A DNA stretch of 64,000 nt from the NCBI GenBank assembly GCA_964202905.1, contig CAXNJO010000002.1:640001-704000 (forward strand), written 5' to 3'. Below are positions 55,563 through 64,000 of the stretch, piece by piece. This DNA comes from Polyangiales bacterium. GTDB lineage: Bacteria > Myxococcota_A > Polyangia > Polyangiales > JADJQN01. The number at the start of each line of letters is the position of its first letter. Position 1 is the first letter of the stretch. The notes below the pieces were generated by a model. The model ran no database searches. It had not been told where the DNA came from and was given only the letters and a program-made list of their open reading frames with translations. Made by a program: the position numbers and the translations under genes.

Positions 55563-55853
55563 TCACCAGCTGCCGTGCGAACCGTGCGAGCCGTGCGAGC
55601 CGTGCGAGCCGTGCGAGCCGTGCGAGCCGTGCGAGCCGTGCGAGCCGTGCGAGCCGTGCGAGCAGTGCTGCCCGCTTCGCTGCGCGTCGCCGGGATCACC
55701 CTTGCCCCCCTCGTCCGCCGCAGCGAGCGCGCGCGCCGAGACCTCGTGCTGGGTGTCGGAGAGGGTTCCCGTCACGTCGGCGCGGAAAGAAGGGAGGGAC
55801 TCGCCGTCCTCCGCCGAATCGTCGTCGTTGCCGTTGCGTCCGGGTCCTGCCAT
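55563..55853 (-). CDS. hxsA: His-Xaa-Ser repeat precursor peptide
   Basis: 96 aa with an acidic leader followed by HCS(HGS)10W. A GGAG RBS lies 7 nt before the ATG, and the gene sits directly downstream of the HxsB-like rSAM. Confidence 0.9.
   Translation of the reverse strand: MAGPGRNGNDDDSAEDGESLPSFRADVTGTLSDTQHEVSARALAAADEGGKGDPGDAQRSGQHCSHGSHGSHGSHGSHGSHGSHGSHGSHGSHGSW
55569..55667. repeat. 9-bp tandem repeat (CGAGCCGTG) x11 encoding the His-Xaa-Ser core on the minus strand
   Basis: Counted directly: 8 perfect units and 3 variant units. Confidence 0.97.
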
Positions 55854-55928
55854 GTCGATGCTCCGCGAAGGTGGGGGGGCAATTGTAGGTCGAGCGAGGC
55901 CGCGCTGTCACGCGGTCGCGAAAATAAC

Positions 55929-57443
55929 TCAGGGCGCGGTGGCGGCGCCCTGCAGGAAGTGGTCGCGGCTGCGAACGGTCGTCCACCGCTGCAGCACCGC
56001 CATCGTCGCCGGGTCGCCCTCCGCGAGCTTGCCGAAGAGGTAGTCCTGGATGCCCTTGTGCACCGCGCACAAGGAGCTGAGGCGCATCGATCCCCAGATG
56101 TGGCCGAGCGCTTTGTGGCTGTGCACGGGCGCGACGCCGCAGTACGGGTTGTACGTGCAATCCACGCAGTCCGGCTGGCTGTCGCGCTGCGACGCGATCA
56201 CGAGGGCGCGCACCGTCGCGTGGCCCGTGATGTCGCGGTAACGGCTCGTGCGGACGTCGCCGAGGAGGAAGGTGTCGTCCCCGGTCTCGTGCAGCATGCG
56301 GCCCTCGTCGCACGTGAAGATGCGGCCGTCGTAGCTGTAGGCGAGCTGACCGATGCCCGCGCCGCCCGGGCTGCGGATGTCGAGGAAGTTCGGGTCCTCG
56401 CCCGCGAGGATCTTGGTGAGGAAGATCGCGGCGTAACGCTCGAGAATCTGCACGCCCTGCTGGTTCAGCTGGAGCATGTAGTCGGTCGCCTGCCGGTAGA
56501 AGTCGAGGTACTCGCTGCGCGGGTACTCGACGCGCGCGCCGGTCTTCTCGACGAAGCCGAACGGGTCGATCGGGCGCAGGAAGAGGGCCTTGCAGCCGAG
56601 GGCGACGTAGGTGTCGACGACCTCCTTCCAGCGGGGGAGCGTTTCGCGCGTCGTCGTGAGCAGCGCCTCGACGTGGTAGAGCGTCGGGTCGAGGCCCATC
56701 TCGGCGTAGGCCTCGTTGATCCGGGCGATCCAGCGCGTCGCGGCCTTGTGCGACGAGAGCCCCGGCAGCTTTCGCTGCTTGTCGTGCAGGTGCTCGGGGC
56801 CGTCGATGCTCGTGCAGATCTGCACCTTGTGCGCGAGCAGGAAGGCGAGCTTCTCCTCGTCCATCAGGGAGAGGTTCGAGACCATCGTGAACTCGAGCTG
56901 CTTGCCGACGTCTTCGTTCTTCTGCTTCGCGTAGGTGATCGCGTGCTTGACGACCTCGAAGTTCACGAGGGGCTCGCCGCCTTGGAACTCGATCGTGATC
57001 GACGGGCTGGTCGAGCGGAGGATGAAGTCGATCGCGCGCTCGGCCGTCTCGCGCGACATGTCCGTGTGCACGGCCTCCATGTCGGCACGCGACGCGTGGC
57101 AGTACACGCACGTCTCGTTGCAGCGGAGCGTGACGACGAGGATGTGGAGGTTCGGGCCGAGGTGGAGGAAGGACTTCCGCGCGCGCACGCGGGCGATGGC
57201 CTTCTGCACGTCGTACTCGGCGCGGACGAAGTTCGCGTCGCGGAGGCGCGCGTGAAGCGGCTCGTCCGCCTTCACCTCGCCGCGCGCGAAGCGGCCGAAC
57301 TCGTCGTCCGAGAGGAGCAGCCAGTTCCCCTCGAGGTTCGTGATCAGGATCTTCTCGCCGATGCGCCGATGCCGGAAAAACGCCGGATAGCGCGTGTCGA
57401 GGCGGGCGCCGGGGCCGACGAGCGCGCGGAGATCGACCGTCAC
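55929..57443 (-). CDS. hxsB: His-Xaa-Ser system radical SAM/SPASM maturase HxsB
   Basis: [51 protein letters not shown] and [15 protein letters not shown] overlap with the upstream gene; lies between hxsD-like genes and the HxS peptide. Confidence 0.9.
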   Translation of the reverse strand: MTVDLRALVGPGARLDTRYPAFFRHRRIGEKILITNLEGNWLLLSDDEFGRFARGEVKADEPLHARLRDANFVRAEYDVQKAIARVRARKSFLHLGPNLHILVVTLRCNETCVYCHASRADMEAVHTDMSRETAERAIDFILRSTSPSITIEFQGGEPLVNFEVVKHAITYAKQKNEDVGKQLEFTMVSNLSLMDEEKLAFLLAHKVQICTSIDGPEHLHDKQRKLPGLSSHKAATRWIARINEAYAEMGLDPTLYHVEALLTTTRETLPRWKEVVDTYVALGCKALFLRPIDPFGFVEKTGARVEYPRSEYLDFYRQATDYMLQLNQQGVQILERYAAIFLTKILAGEDPNFLDIRSPGGAGIGQLAYSYDGRIFTCDEGRMLHETGDDTFLLGDVRTSRYRDITGHATVRALVIASQRDSQPDCVDCTYNPYCGVAPVHSHKALGHIWGSMRLSSLCAVHKGIQDYLFGKLAEGDPATMAVLQRWTTVRSRDHFLQGAATAP

Positions 57444-57661
57444 GACCGCCCCCCACGCTCGCGGATCGTCGTGCCGAGCGCGTAGTTGGCGAGCTCGCGC
57501 GCGATCTGCGTCGCGCGGGCCTCCGACTTCGCCGTCACGCGCACCACCCAGTGGGTCGGCTCCTCGCGCAGCTCGAACTCCGCGAAGCGCGCGTAGGTCT
57601 TCACGGCCGCGTCGACGGCCGTCCCCGCGTAGAGCTCGCGGTGCAGGCGCAGCTCGGTCAC
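57440..57661 (-). CDS. Small HxsD-like protein
   Basis: LHRELYAGTAVDAAVKTY...ELANYAL parallels the neighbouring HxsD; GTGA-coupled on both sides. Confidence 0.72.
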   Translation of the reverse strand: MTELRLHRELYAGTAVDAAVKTYARFAEFELREEPTHWVVRVTAKSEARATQIARELANYALGTTIRERGGRS

Positions 57662-58167
57662 GGCTCGCCCCCGGGCTCATCGCCGGACGGTGCGGCGGCG
57701 CCCTCGGCGGGCGCGACCTTCTTTTTGTACTTCTCTTCCCAGCTCATCGCGATGCCGAGCGGATCCTCGAAGGACTCGTCGCCGAAGTCGAACCCGGCGA
57801 GGTCGTCGAGCGAGGGCGCGCCCATGGCCGCGGAGATCGCCTGCGACGTGACCATCTCGATGACGGCGCGGTTGTCCTGCGCGATCTGCTGGCGCCACGC
57901 CGCCGAGAGGAGCTCGTTCGAGAACTCGCCCACGAACGCGCGCAGCACGGCTTCGTCCGCGCCCGCTTTGCGGGGCGCGAGCGTCACGCGGACCGTGTGC
58001 GCATCGGGCTTGTCGAGCAGCACGAAGCAGCGGTCGAGGAAGACGTACGCGGACGCGTAGACCGCTGACAGCGGGTAGAGCGTGAGGTCGACGCGGAGGT
58101 GCACCGCGCCGGACACGAGGTCGGCGGTGACGAGCTCCGAAGGGAGGGCTTCGAGGGGAGAGGACAT
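57658..58167 (-). CDS. hxsD: His-Xaa-Ser system protein HxsD with acidic C-terminal extension
   Basis: VDLTLYPLSAVYASAYVFLDRCFVLL...FVGEFSNELL...DDLAGFDFGDESFEDPLGIAMSWEEKY; located upstream of hxsB. Confidence 0.82.
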   Translation of the reverse strand: MSSPLEALPSELVTADLVSGAVHLRVDLTLYPLSAVYASAYVFLDRCFVLLDKPDAHTVRVTLAPRKAGADEAVLRAFVGEFSNELLSAAWRQQIAQDNRAVIEMVTSQAISAAMGAPSLDDLAGFDFGDESFEDPLGIAMSWEEKYKKKVAPAEGAAAPSGDEPGGEP

Positions 58168-58215
58168 GGGGATGGAACTCCAGGGCCGTGCGGATCGGCC
58201 CGACGACGGGCAGGG

Positions 58216-60534
58216 TCAGCGCGTGAGGGTGAGCTGGTATTGCGCGGCGCTCGTCCCGCTGGTGGTGCGGAAAACACGAACGTAGATGGGGCTAGGCCAG
58301 GTGACGTTGCGGCTCGACCACTGACGGACCCCGGGGATCGACTGGTCGTCGACGAACGCCCACTCTTGCAGGCTCGTGGCGGTGCCGCCGCTGCCGCAGC
58401 CGAGGGGCGCGGCGGGGCAGCCGCTGGTCACCTCGAAGCGGAACGCGGAGCCGTCGTTGCGCGTGAACCGGATGCGCGGCGTGCCGCCGCCGTTGGCGCC
58501 GAGGGGCGGGAAGGATGCGAAGAAGTAGTCGCTGGCGCCCACGCTCGCGATGCTGCCCGCGAGGGTGTTGACCGCGCCGCCGACGCTGATGGAGCCGAGG
58601 GAGGTCGCGGTGCCGCACGACGCGCCGTTGCCCTCGTCGACGACCTCGCAGCCGTTCGCGTAGGTGCCGTCGACGTCGACCGCGTTCGCGCTGCACGCGC
58701 CGATCGAGCACCCCGCGCCGCCGCCACAGACCGTGGACGACACATTCGCCGTGGCCGGACAGAGCGACGCGATGGGCGCGTTGTCCGTGACGCCGTCGCA
58801 GTTGTCGTCGACGCCGTTGCACGCCTCGAAGGCGCTCATGCCCGCCATGCACATCACCGGCACGCCCGCGCTGCACATCGCGACGCTGACGCTGCAGAGG
58901 CCGAGGCCGCAGGTCTGCGTGCCCGCGGGCGCATCGGTGCACGCGCCCGCCGTCATGCCGTTGCAGGTCCCGACCGTCGGGCTCTGACAGACGTCGTTGC
59001 AATCGATTTGCACTTCGGTCCCGGCCGGACGCGAGGGGCACAAGTCCGCGGGCGCGAGGCAGGCGCCGATCCCGTTGCAGGCCGCGAGGTCGCCATCGAC
59101 GGCCGCGCGACGCCGACAGGCGCCGAGGCCATCGAAGCCGCCGTAGTAGTCGGAGCACGAGAAGCCGGGGCACTCTCCGTCCGGATCGCGGCCGAGCGCG
59201 ACGGGCGTGCACGTCCCGCGCGTGTCCGGGAGGTCGCAGCGCTCGCACTGCCCCGAGCAGGCCGACGTGCAGCAGACGCCGTCCACGCAGGAATTGCCGT
59301 CCTGACAGTCCTGCACACGCGCGCATCCGCCGCCCGGCGGCCGGTCGAGCGCGCAGACGCCGAGCTCGCAGTGCGCGGACGCGACGCACTCGGCGTCGGC
59401 CACGCACGCGGTCGGGCACGTCGGCGCGGACTGGGCGACCTCGCCCGTGCAGTAGACGGGCAGGTAGAGCCCGCAATCGCGCGCGAGGACCGAGGGGACG
59501 CACGCCGAGTCGTCGGGGACACCCGCGATCACGACGCAGGAGTTCGACTCGCAGGCCGTGTCACCGCGCGTGCCCTGGCAGGTCGACGCGGAGTCGCACG
59601 CCGCGCCCGTGCCGCCGCCGCAGTCCATCGGCGTGCGGCAGCACTGGCCCGAGTCGCAGCAGTAGCCGTTGTCGCAGTGGCCGGACGCGCAGTCGGAGTC
59701 CTCGTCGCACGTGCCGCCGTTCGACTCGTCGTTGAGGCAGGTCATGCCGTCGCAGTGCGCGGCCGCGATGCAGCGCTCGTCGCCCGTGTTCGGGCCCGTC
59801 GAGGGGCAGTCGAGCGCGCAGCGGCTGCCGAGCCCGCCGCCGAGCTCGCAGCTGAACAGCCCGCACGACGTGAGCGTGCCGCTCGTGCACGCGGCGTCCA
59901 CGCACATCGCGCTGCGGATGTCCTCGTAGGTGCCGGGCATCGCGACGTTGGGCCGACACACGCCCGAGACGCAGTCCGTCATGGTCCCATCGGTCGTCCC
60001 GTCGCAGTCGTCGTCCGTGCCGTTGCAGCGCTCGGGCTCGCCGGGGTTCACGTCGGCGCTCGCGTCGTCGCAGTCGCGACCCATGCAACCGACGCCCTGA
60101 CCGTAGGCGTCACGGTCCTCGTCGACGCAACAGGTCGCGCCGAGCGGCGCGCAGACGTACTCGTCGACCTCGAGGGCCGAGCTCAGCGTGCAGCCGAAGT
60201 TGCCGGGGCAGGAGGGCAGATCGGGGATGCAGCCCGGCAGGCATGCACGACCGCCCGTCGCGAGCGCGGCGCAGAACGAACCGGGGTTGCAGTCACCGTT
60301 CGTCTCGCACGCCTCGCAGGTGCCGGCGCGCGTGGTCGGCCCCATGTCCACCCCGGCATCGGCGCCGAGATCCGCGCCGCCGTCCATCTCGCCGAGGTCG
60401 GCCATGCCACCGTCCGCCCCGCCGTCGCCGGGCCGCACCGGCGGCGCCGCATTGCTGGCGCACGCGCCGAGCGAGAGCAGCGCGGCCGAGAGCAGACCCC
60501 GCACGAGCGGTTTATTGAGGACGGGCATCCGCAT
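58216..60534 (-). CDS. Large Cys-rich lipoprotein with MopE-like and Dickkopf-like Cys repeats
   Basis: Lipobox SLGAC; DEDRDAYG...DCDD...ERCNGTDDDCDG, CDEDSDCASGHC and EACNGVDDNCDG. Confidence 0.82.
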   Translation of the reverse strand: MRMPVLNKPLVRGLLSAALLSLGACASNAAPPVRPGDGGADGGMADLGEMDGGADLGADAGVDMGPTTRAGTCEACETNGDCNPGSFCAALATGGRACLPGCIPDLPSCPGNFGCTLSSALEVDEYVCAPLGATCCVDEDRDAYGQGVGCMGRDCDDASADVNPGEPERCNGTDDDCDGTTDGTMTDCVSGVCRPNVAMPGTYEDIRSAMCVDAACTSGTLTSCGLFSCELGGGLGSRCALDCPSTGPNTGDERCIAAAHCDGMTCLNDESNGGTCDEDSDCASGHCDNGYCCDSGQCCRTPMDCGGGTGAACDSASTCQGTRGDTACESNSCVVIAGVPDDSACVPSVLARDCGLYLPVYCTGEVAQSAPTCPTACVADAECVASAHCELGVCALDRPPGGGCARVQDCQDGNSCVDGVCCTSACSGQCERCDLPDTRGTCTPVALGRDPDGECPGFSCSDYYGGFDGLGACRRRAAVDGDLAACNGIGACLAPADLCPSRPAGTEVQIDCNDVCQSPTVGTCNGMTAGACTDAPAGTQTCGLGLCSVSVAMCSAGVPVMCMAGMSAFEACNGVDDNCDGVTDNAPIASLCPATANVSSTVCGGGAGCSIGACSANAVDVDGTYANGCEVVDEGNGASCGTATSLGSISVGGAVNTLAGSIASVGASDYFFASFPPLGANGGGTPRIRFTRNDGSAFRFEVTSGCPAAPLGCGSGGTATSLQEWAFVDDQSIPGVRQWSSRNVTWPSPIYVRVFRTTSGTSAAQYQLTLTR

Positions 60535-60587
60535 CGGCTCCTCCGCTTTCGAGACTTCGTCGATTAACGTAACAGTCCGCGCGCGCG

Positions 60588-62435
60588 CTAGACAAGGATC
60601 ACGTGCGCGCGCTTCCAGCGGATCAACCACTGATTCGAGGTCGCAGGACCGACCTCGCGCCGCTCGAGGACGTCGAGCGGGATCGCCAGCGCATCGGCCG
60701 CACGCGCGACGTGCGCCGCGGCCGCCCCGGCGTCGTCGTTGCGGTGATGCTCGAAGCCCGCGCGCGACCGCTCGGCGCGGCGGGCGTGGGCGGGCGTACG
60801 CGCGAGACCGAACGCGACGTTGTCGACGACGGTGATCGTGCCACCCGGCCGCAGCGCGGGGAGCAACTGCGAGAGCGCCGCGTCCGGATCGGCGAGGTGG
60901 TTCCAGCTGCGGAGCACGAGGACGTGATCGAACGACGCAGGCTCGAGCGCCGCCGTCTCCGCGGTGCCCTCGCGCACCTCGCCCCAGGGTCGACGGACGC
61001 GGAGCCGGGCGCACGCGGCGGCGTCCGGCTCGAGGCCGACCCACGCGATCCGGCCCTCTCGCGCGAGCGGCGCGAGCACGTCGTCGTAGGGCCCCTCGCC
61101 GCAGCCGACGTCGAGCACGCGCCCGCCGAGGGTCGAGAGCAGCGCGCGCACGAGGGCGTCGTCACGGCCGAACACATCCTCGAGGCGCGGCTCGAAGAGC
61201 CCCGTGCACGCATCCCGCGCGCTGCAACCCGTGCAGAGCGCGCTGCGCGAGAGCTGCACGAGATCCCGCGCGAAATCGTCGGGCGCGGCCTTGCGGGAGA
61301 CGTCCACGTACACCTGTCCGAGCCTGTGCTTGAGGTGCTCGAGCTCGACGTCCGCGAAGTCGCGCGTCTCGGTGCGGTAGCGCGCGACGCGCCCCTGGTG
61401 GCGCACGAAGAGGTGGCGACCGCGATCCCACGGCGTGACGCCCTGCGCGCCGTCGCGCAGCGGACAATGCGCGGGATCGGCCTCCGTCGGCACGAGCGCC
61501 TCGAGCACGTAGTGGAACGAGTTCGAGCGCGCGCGCGGCGCGGGCGGTCGCAGCTCGTCGGCGCCGAAGGCCTCGAGATAGCCGCGAAAGAGGCCCGGAC
61601 ACGGCCCCCGCAGCGGGCAGTCGCTGCAGACCTCTTCGGGCTGGATCTTCGCGACGTCGTCGACGGGGAAGAAGTCCGGCTCGCCGACCTCGACCATCGT
61701 CGCGAAGCGATCGGTGCGGAGATCGTCGTAGTCACCCTCGAGCCCCGGCAACAGGCAGAGCGGGAGCCCGTCGTGCGTGAAATGCGGCCCGGCGGCCCCG
61801 CGCGCGCGCACGCCATCACGACCATGGAAGATGGCATCTCTGACCCGCGAAGCGACGTGCGCGACGCGCGGCACGACGTGCTCGAAGAGCTTCTCGCCGC
61901 CGCCCTTCGGTTGCGTCATCGAGAACTTCAGCGTCAGCCGCTCGAGGGGGAGCAGCAGATCGACGAGCGGGCGGAGGTGATCGACGTTCTGGCGCGTGAC
62001 GACGCAGTTGATCGTCAGCTCGATCCCGGGCCGCGCGTGCACGTTGCGGATCGCGCGGAGCGCCTCGTCGAAGCCGTCCGCGCGCACGAGCGCGTTGTGC
62101 ACGCGCGCGCTCCCCGCGTGCAGCGACATGTACACGTAGCGCAGCCGCGCGGCGATCAGTTGCTCGAGCACGTCGTCGTAGGCGAGCAGCCGCCCGTTCG
62201 TGACGAGGCCGAGGTCCATGTCGAGCGACGCGACGTGCGTGGCCCAGCGCATCAGCTCGGGGCGGATCGTCACCTCGCCGCCCGAGAGCACGACCATCGA
62301 GTGCCCGAGCTCCTTCGCGCGGCGGATCTTGCGGTGGGTCTCGGACTCGTCGCCCTCGATGTGGCGCACGTCGAGCGTGTGGCAGAACGTGCAGTGCTCG
62401 TTGCAGCCGTAGCCGACCTTGATGAGCGCTTTCAT
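60588..62435 (-). CDS. Radical SAM (HxsC-like) protein fused to class I SAM-dependent methyltransferase
   Basis: CNEHCTFC, LSGGE, VTNG and LPLCLL...CSDCPLRGPCPG. The C-terminal part has VLDVGCGEG, SFDHVL and LRPGGTI. Confidence 0.9.
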   Translation of the reverse strand: MKALIKVGYGCNEHCTFCHTLDVRHIEGDESETHRKIRRAKELGHSMVVLSGGEVTIRPELMRWATHVASLDMDLGLVTNGRLLAYDDVLEQLIAARLRYVYMSLHAGSARVHNALVRADGFDEALRAIRNVHARPGIELTINCVVTRQNVDHLRPLVDLLLPLERLTLKFSMTQPKGGGEKLFEHVVPRVAHVASRVRDAIFHGRDGVRARGAAGPHFTHDGLPLCLLPGLEGDYDDLRTDRFATMVEVGEPDFFPVDDVAKIQPEEVCSDCPLRGPCPGLFRGYLEAFGADELRPPAPRARSNSFHYVLEALVPTEADPAHCPLRDGAQGVTPWDRGRHLFVRHQGRVARYRTETRDFADVELEHLKHRLGQVYVDVSRKAAPDDFARDLVQLSRSALCTGCSARDACTGLFEPRLEDVFGRDDALVRALLSTLGGRVLDVGCGEGPYDDVLAPLAREGRIAWVGLEPDAAACARLRVRRPWGEVREGTAETAALEPASFDHVLVLRSWNHLADPDAALSQLLPALRPGGTITVVDNVAFGLARTPAHARRAERSRAGFEHHRNDDAGAAAAHVARAADALAIPLDVLERREVGPATSNQWLIRWKRAHVILV

Positions 62436-62500
62436 GTGGGCCGCGACGCGAGCATAACAGGCGGGTGCGCGCGCGCGCCGCTTCGCGGTAGGGTCGCGGC

Positions 62501-63873
62501 ATGCGACGCCCCCCGACCGACCTCCCCGCCCGCCGCACCGGGCTCCGCCCGCTCGCCGCGACGCTCGTCTGCGCCGCGGCCCTCGTCGGCTGCGGCGACC
62601 ACCCCCCCCCGCGCCCGCCCGCGCTCGACGGCGGCCTCGCCGACCTCGGCGCGCGCGACCTCGGCGACACCGTGGACCTCGGGGGCGCAGGCGACGCCGG
62701 TGCCCCCGATCTCGGCGCAGGCGACGCAGGCCCACCGCCCGCGTGCGACGTCCCCGCGATCCCCGCGCTCGCGACGGAAGCGGTCGGCGATCGCTTCTCC
62801 GCGCCGATCGCGCTGACCTCCGCGCCGGGCGATGAGGGCGCTGTGTACGTCGCCGAGCGCGCGGGCCGCGTCCGCCGCGTCGCCGGCGGCGTCGTCACGA
62901 CCTTCCTCGACATGCGCAGCGCGATCGGCTCGGCCCCGGGCGGCGAGGACGAGCGTGGACTGCTCGGCCTCGCCTTCGCGCCGGATTACGCGACCAGCGG
63001 TCGCTTCTTCGTCGGCTACACGCCGACGACGACCGGCGCCGACGCGAACATCGTCGCGGAGTACCGCCGCTCGGCCGCCGATCCGCTCGTCGCCGATCCC
63101 ATGCAGGTCACGCGCCTCGTCGAGCAGGCAGACCCCGAGGGCAACCACAACGGCGGCTGGATCGGCTTCGGCCCCGACGGCTTCCTCTACGCGGCCATCG
63201 GCGACGGCGGCGGCGCGGGCGACCGACTACGGCGCGTTCGGCAACGGCCTCAACCCGGACACGCTGCTCGGCAAGATGCTGCGCCTCGACGTCGACGCGG
63301 CGGCGACCGGCTACGCGGCCGCCGGGCAACCCCTTCGCGGGCGGCGGCGGGCTCCCGCAGATCTGGGCGCTCGGCCTGCGCAACCCCTGGCGCAACGCGT
63401 TCGACCGCGAGACGGGCGATCTCTACGTCGCGGACGTCGGCCAGAACGAGTGGGAGGAGCTGAACGTGCAGCCGGCGACGAGCACGGGCGGCGAGAACTA
63501 CGGCTGGCGCGCGTACGAGGCGCGCTCGGTCTTCGACGCGGCGAACACGGGCCGCGTGCCGGTCCACACCGAGCCCGTCTACGTGTACCGGCACGGCTCG
63601 GACAGCGTGATGACGGGCGGACGCTCGATCACGGGCGGCCACGTCTACCGCGGCGCGGCCATCCCCGCGCTGCGCGGCGTCTACCTCTTCGGCGATCCCT
63701 ACGCCGACCACGTCGGCGCGCTGCGCTACTGCGAGGGCGCCGTGCAGGGCCCGGTGCGCGTGCCTGCGCTCGGCGGGCTCGCGAGCACGCTCGTCTCCTT
63801 CGGCGAGGACGCAGCCGGCGAGCTCTACCTCCTCTACCTCGACGGCACCGTGCTCAAGGTCGTGCCGGGCTGA
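62501..63873 (+). CDS. PQQ-dependent sugar dehydrogenase (GSDH family) lipoprotein; frameshifts near 63230-63330
   Basis: ERGLLGLAFAPDY, NHNGGWIGFGPDGFLY, LGKMLRLDVD, IWALGLRNPWR and SFGEDAAGELY. Confidence 0.88.
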
Positions 63874-64000
63874 CGCGCGCCGTGGTGCTGCCCCTCGCCT
63901 CGATGCGTGCGCCGGCGCGGACGGTCGGCTTCGCGGCCCTCACGGCGGGCGCGCTCGGGCTCATCCACGCGCGGGAGGCGATGCTCCCCGAGGCGGAGCG

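Noticed and set aside
55569..55667. Possible CRISPR array
   Set aside because: The 9-bp units have no spacers, no cas genes are present in the window, and the repeat is coding.
55441..56043. Plus-strand ORF with (CEP)n repeat resembling a metallothionein/phytochelatin-like peptide
   Set aside because: It is the antisense reading of the HGS repeat and overlaps hxsB and the lipoprotein gene. The minus-strand ORF has an RBS and the expected Hxs context.

Overview
This is very GC-rich DNA that looks myxobacterial (Polyangiales/Sandaracinaceae-like). That placement is inferred from gene content: many Cys-rich lipoproteins, Ser/Thr kinases and a vWA gliding-type lipoprotein. The window has three parts. 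(1) 1-23.9 kb holds housekeeping and envelope genes: acyl-CoA dehydrogenase, argS, an M16 peptidase pair, gpmI, an aconitase-family fusion, biotin carboxylase, a vWA lipoprotein, an L,D-transpeptidase, an SDR and a Ser/Thr kinase. (2) About 23.9-43.4 kb is a ~19 kb accretion between two convergent genes. It contains three copies of a non-autonomous IS91/ISCR-like element, each fused to a duplicated kinase-3'/HemN-3' host junction. The copies separate three cargo blocks (truncated ABC ATPase, beta-propeller lipoprotein, CzcCBA-like efflux, kinase plus FHA-ABC transporter, YceI, IS91 transposase remnant). (3) 43.3-62.4 kb is a greatly expanded His-Xaa-Ser (Hxs) RiPP-type cluster. It encodes a precursor ending HCS-(HGS)10-W, HxsB, two HxsD-like proteins and eight radical SAM genes carrying nine CX3CX2C motifs, including a B12/double-rSAM fusion and an rSAM-methyltransferase fusion. 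It also has two paralogous Cys-rich lipoproteins and a coupled acyl/aminoacyl-transferase operon. Many genes are split by single-base indels, most likely long-read errors. All calls come from reading motifs by eye; no database searches were run.
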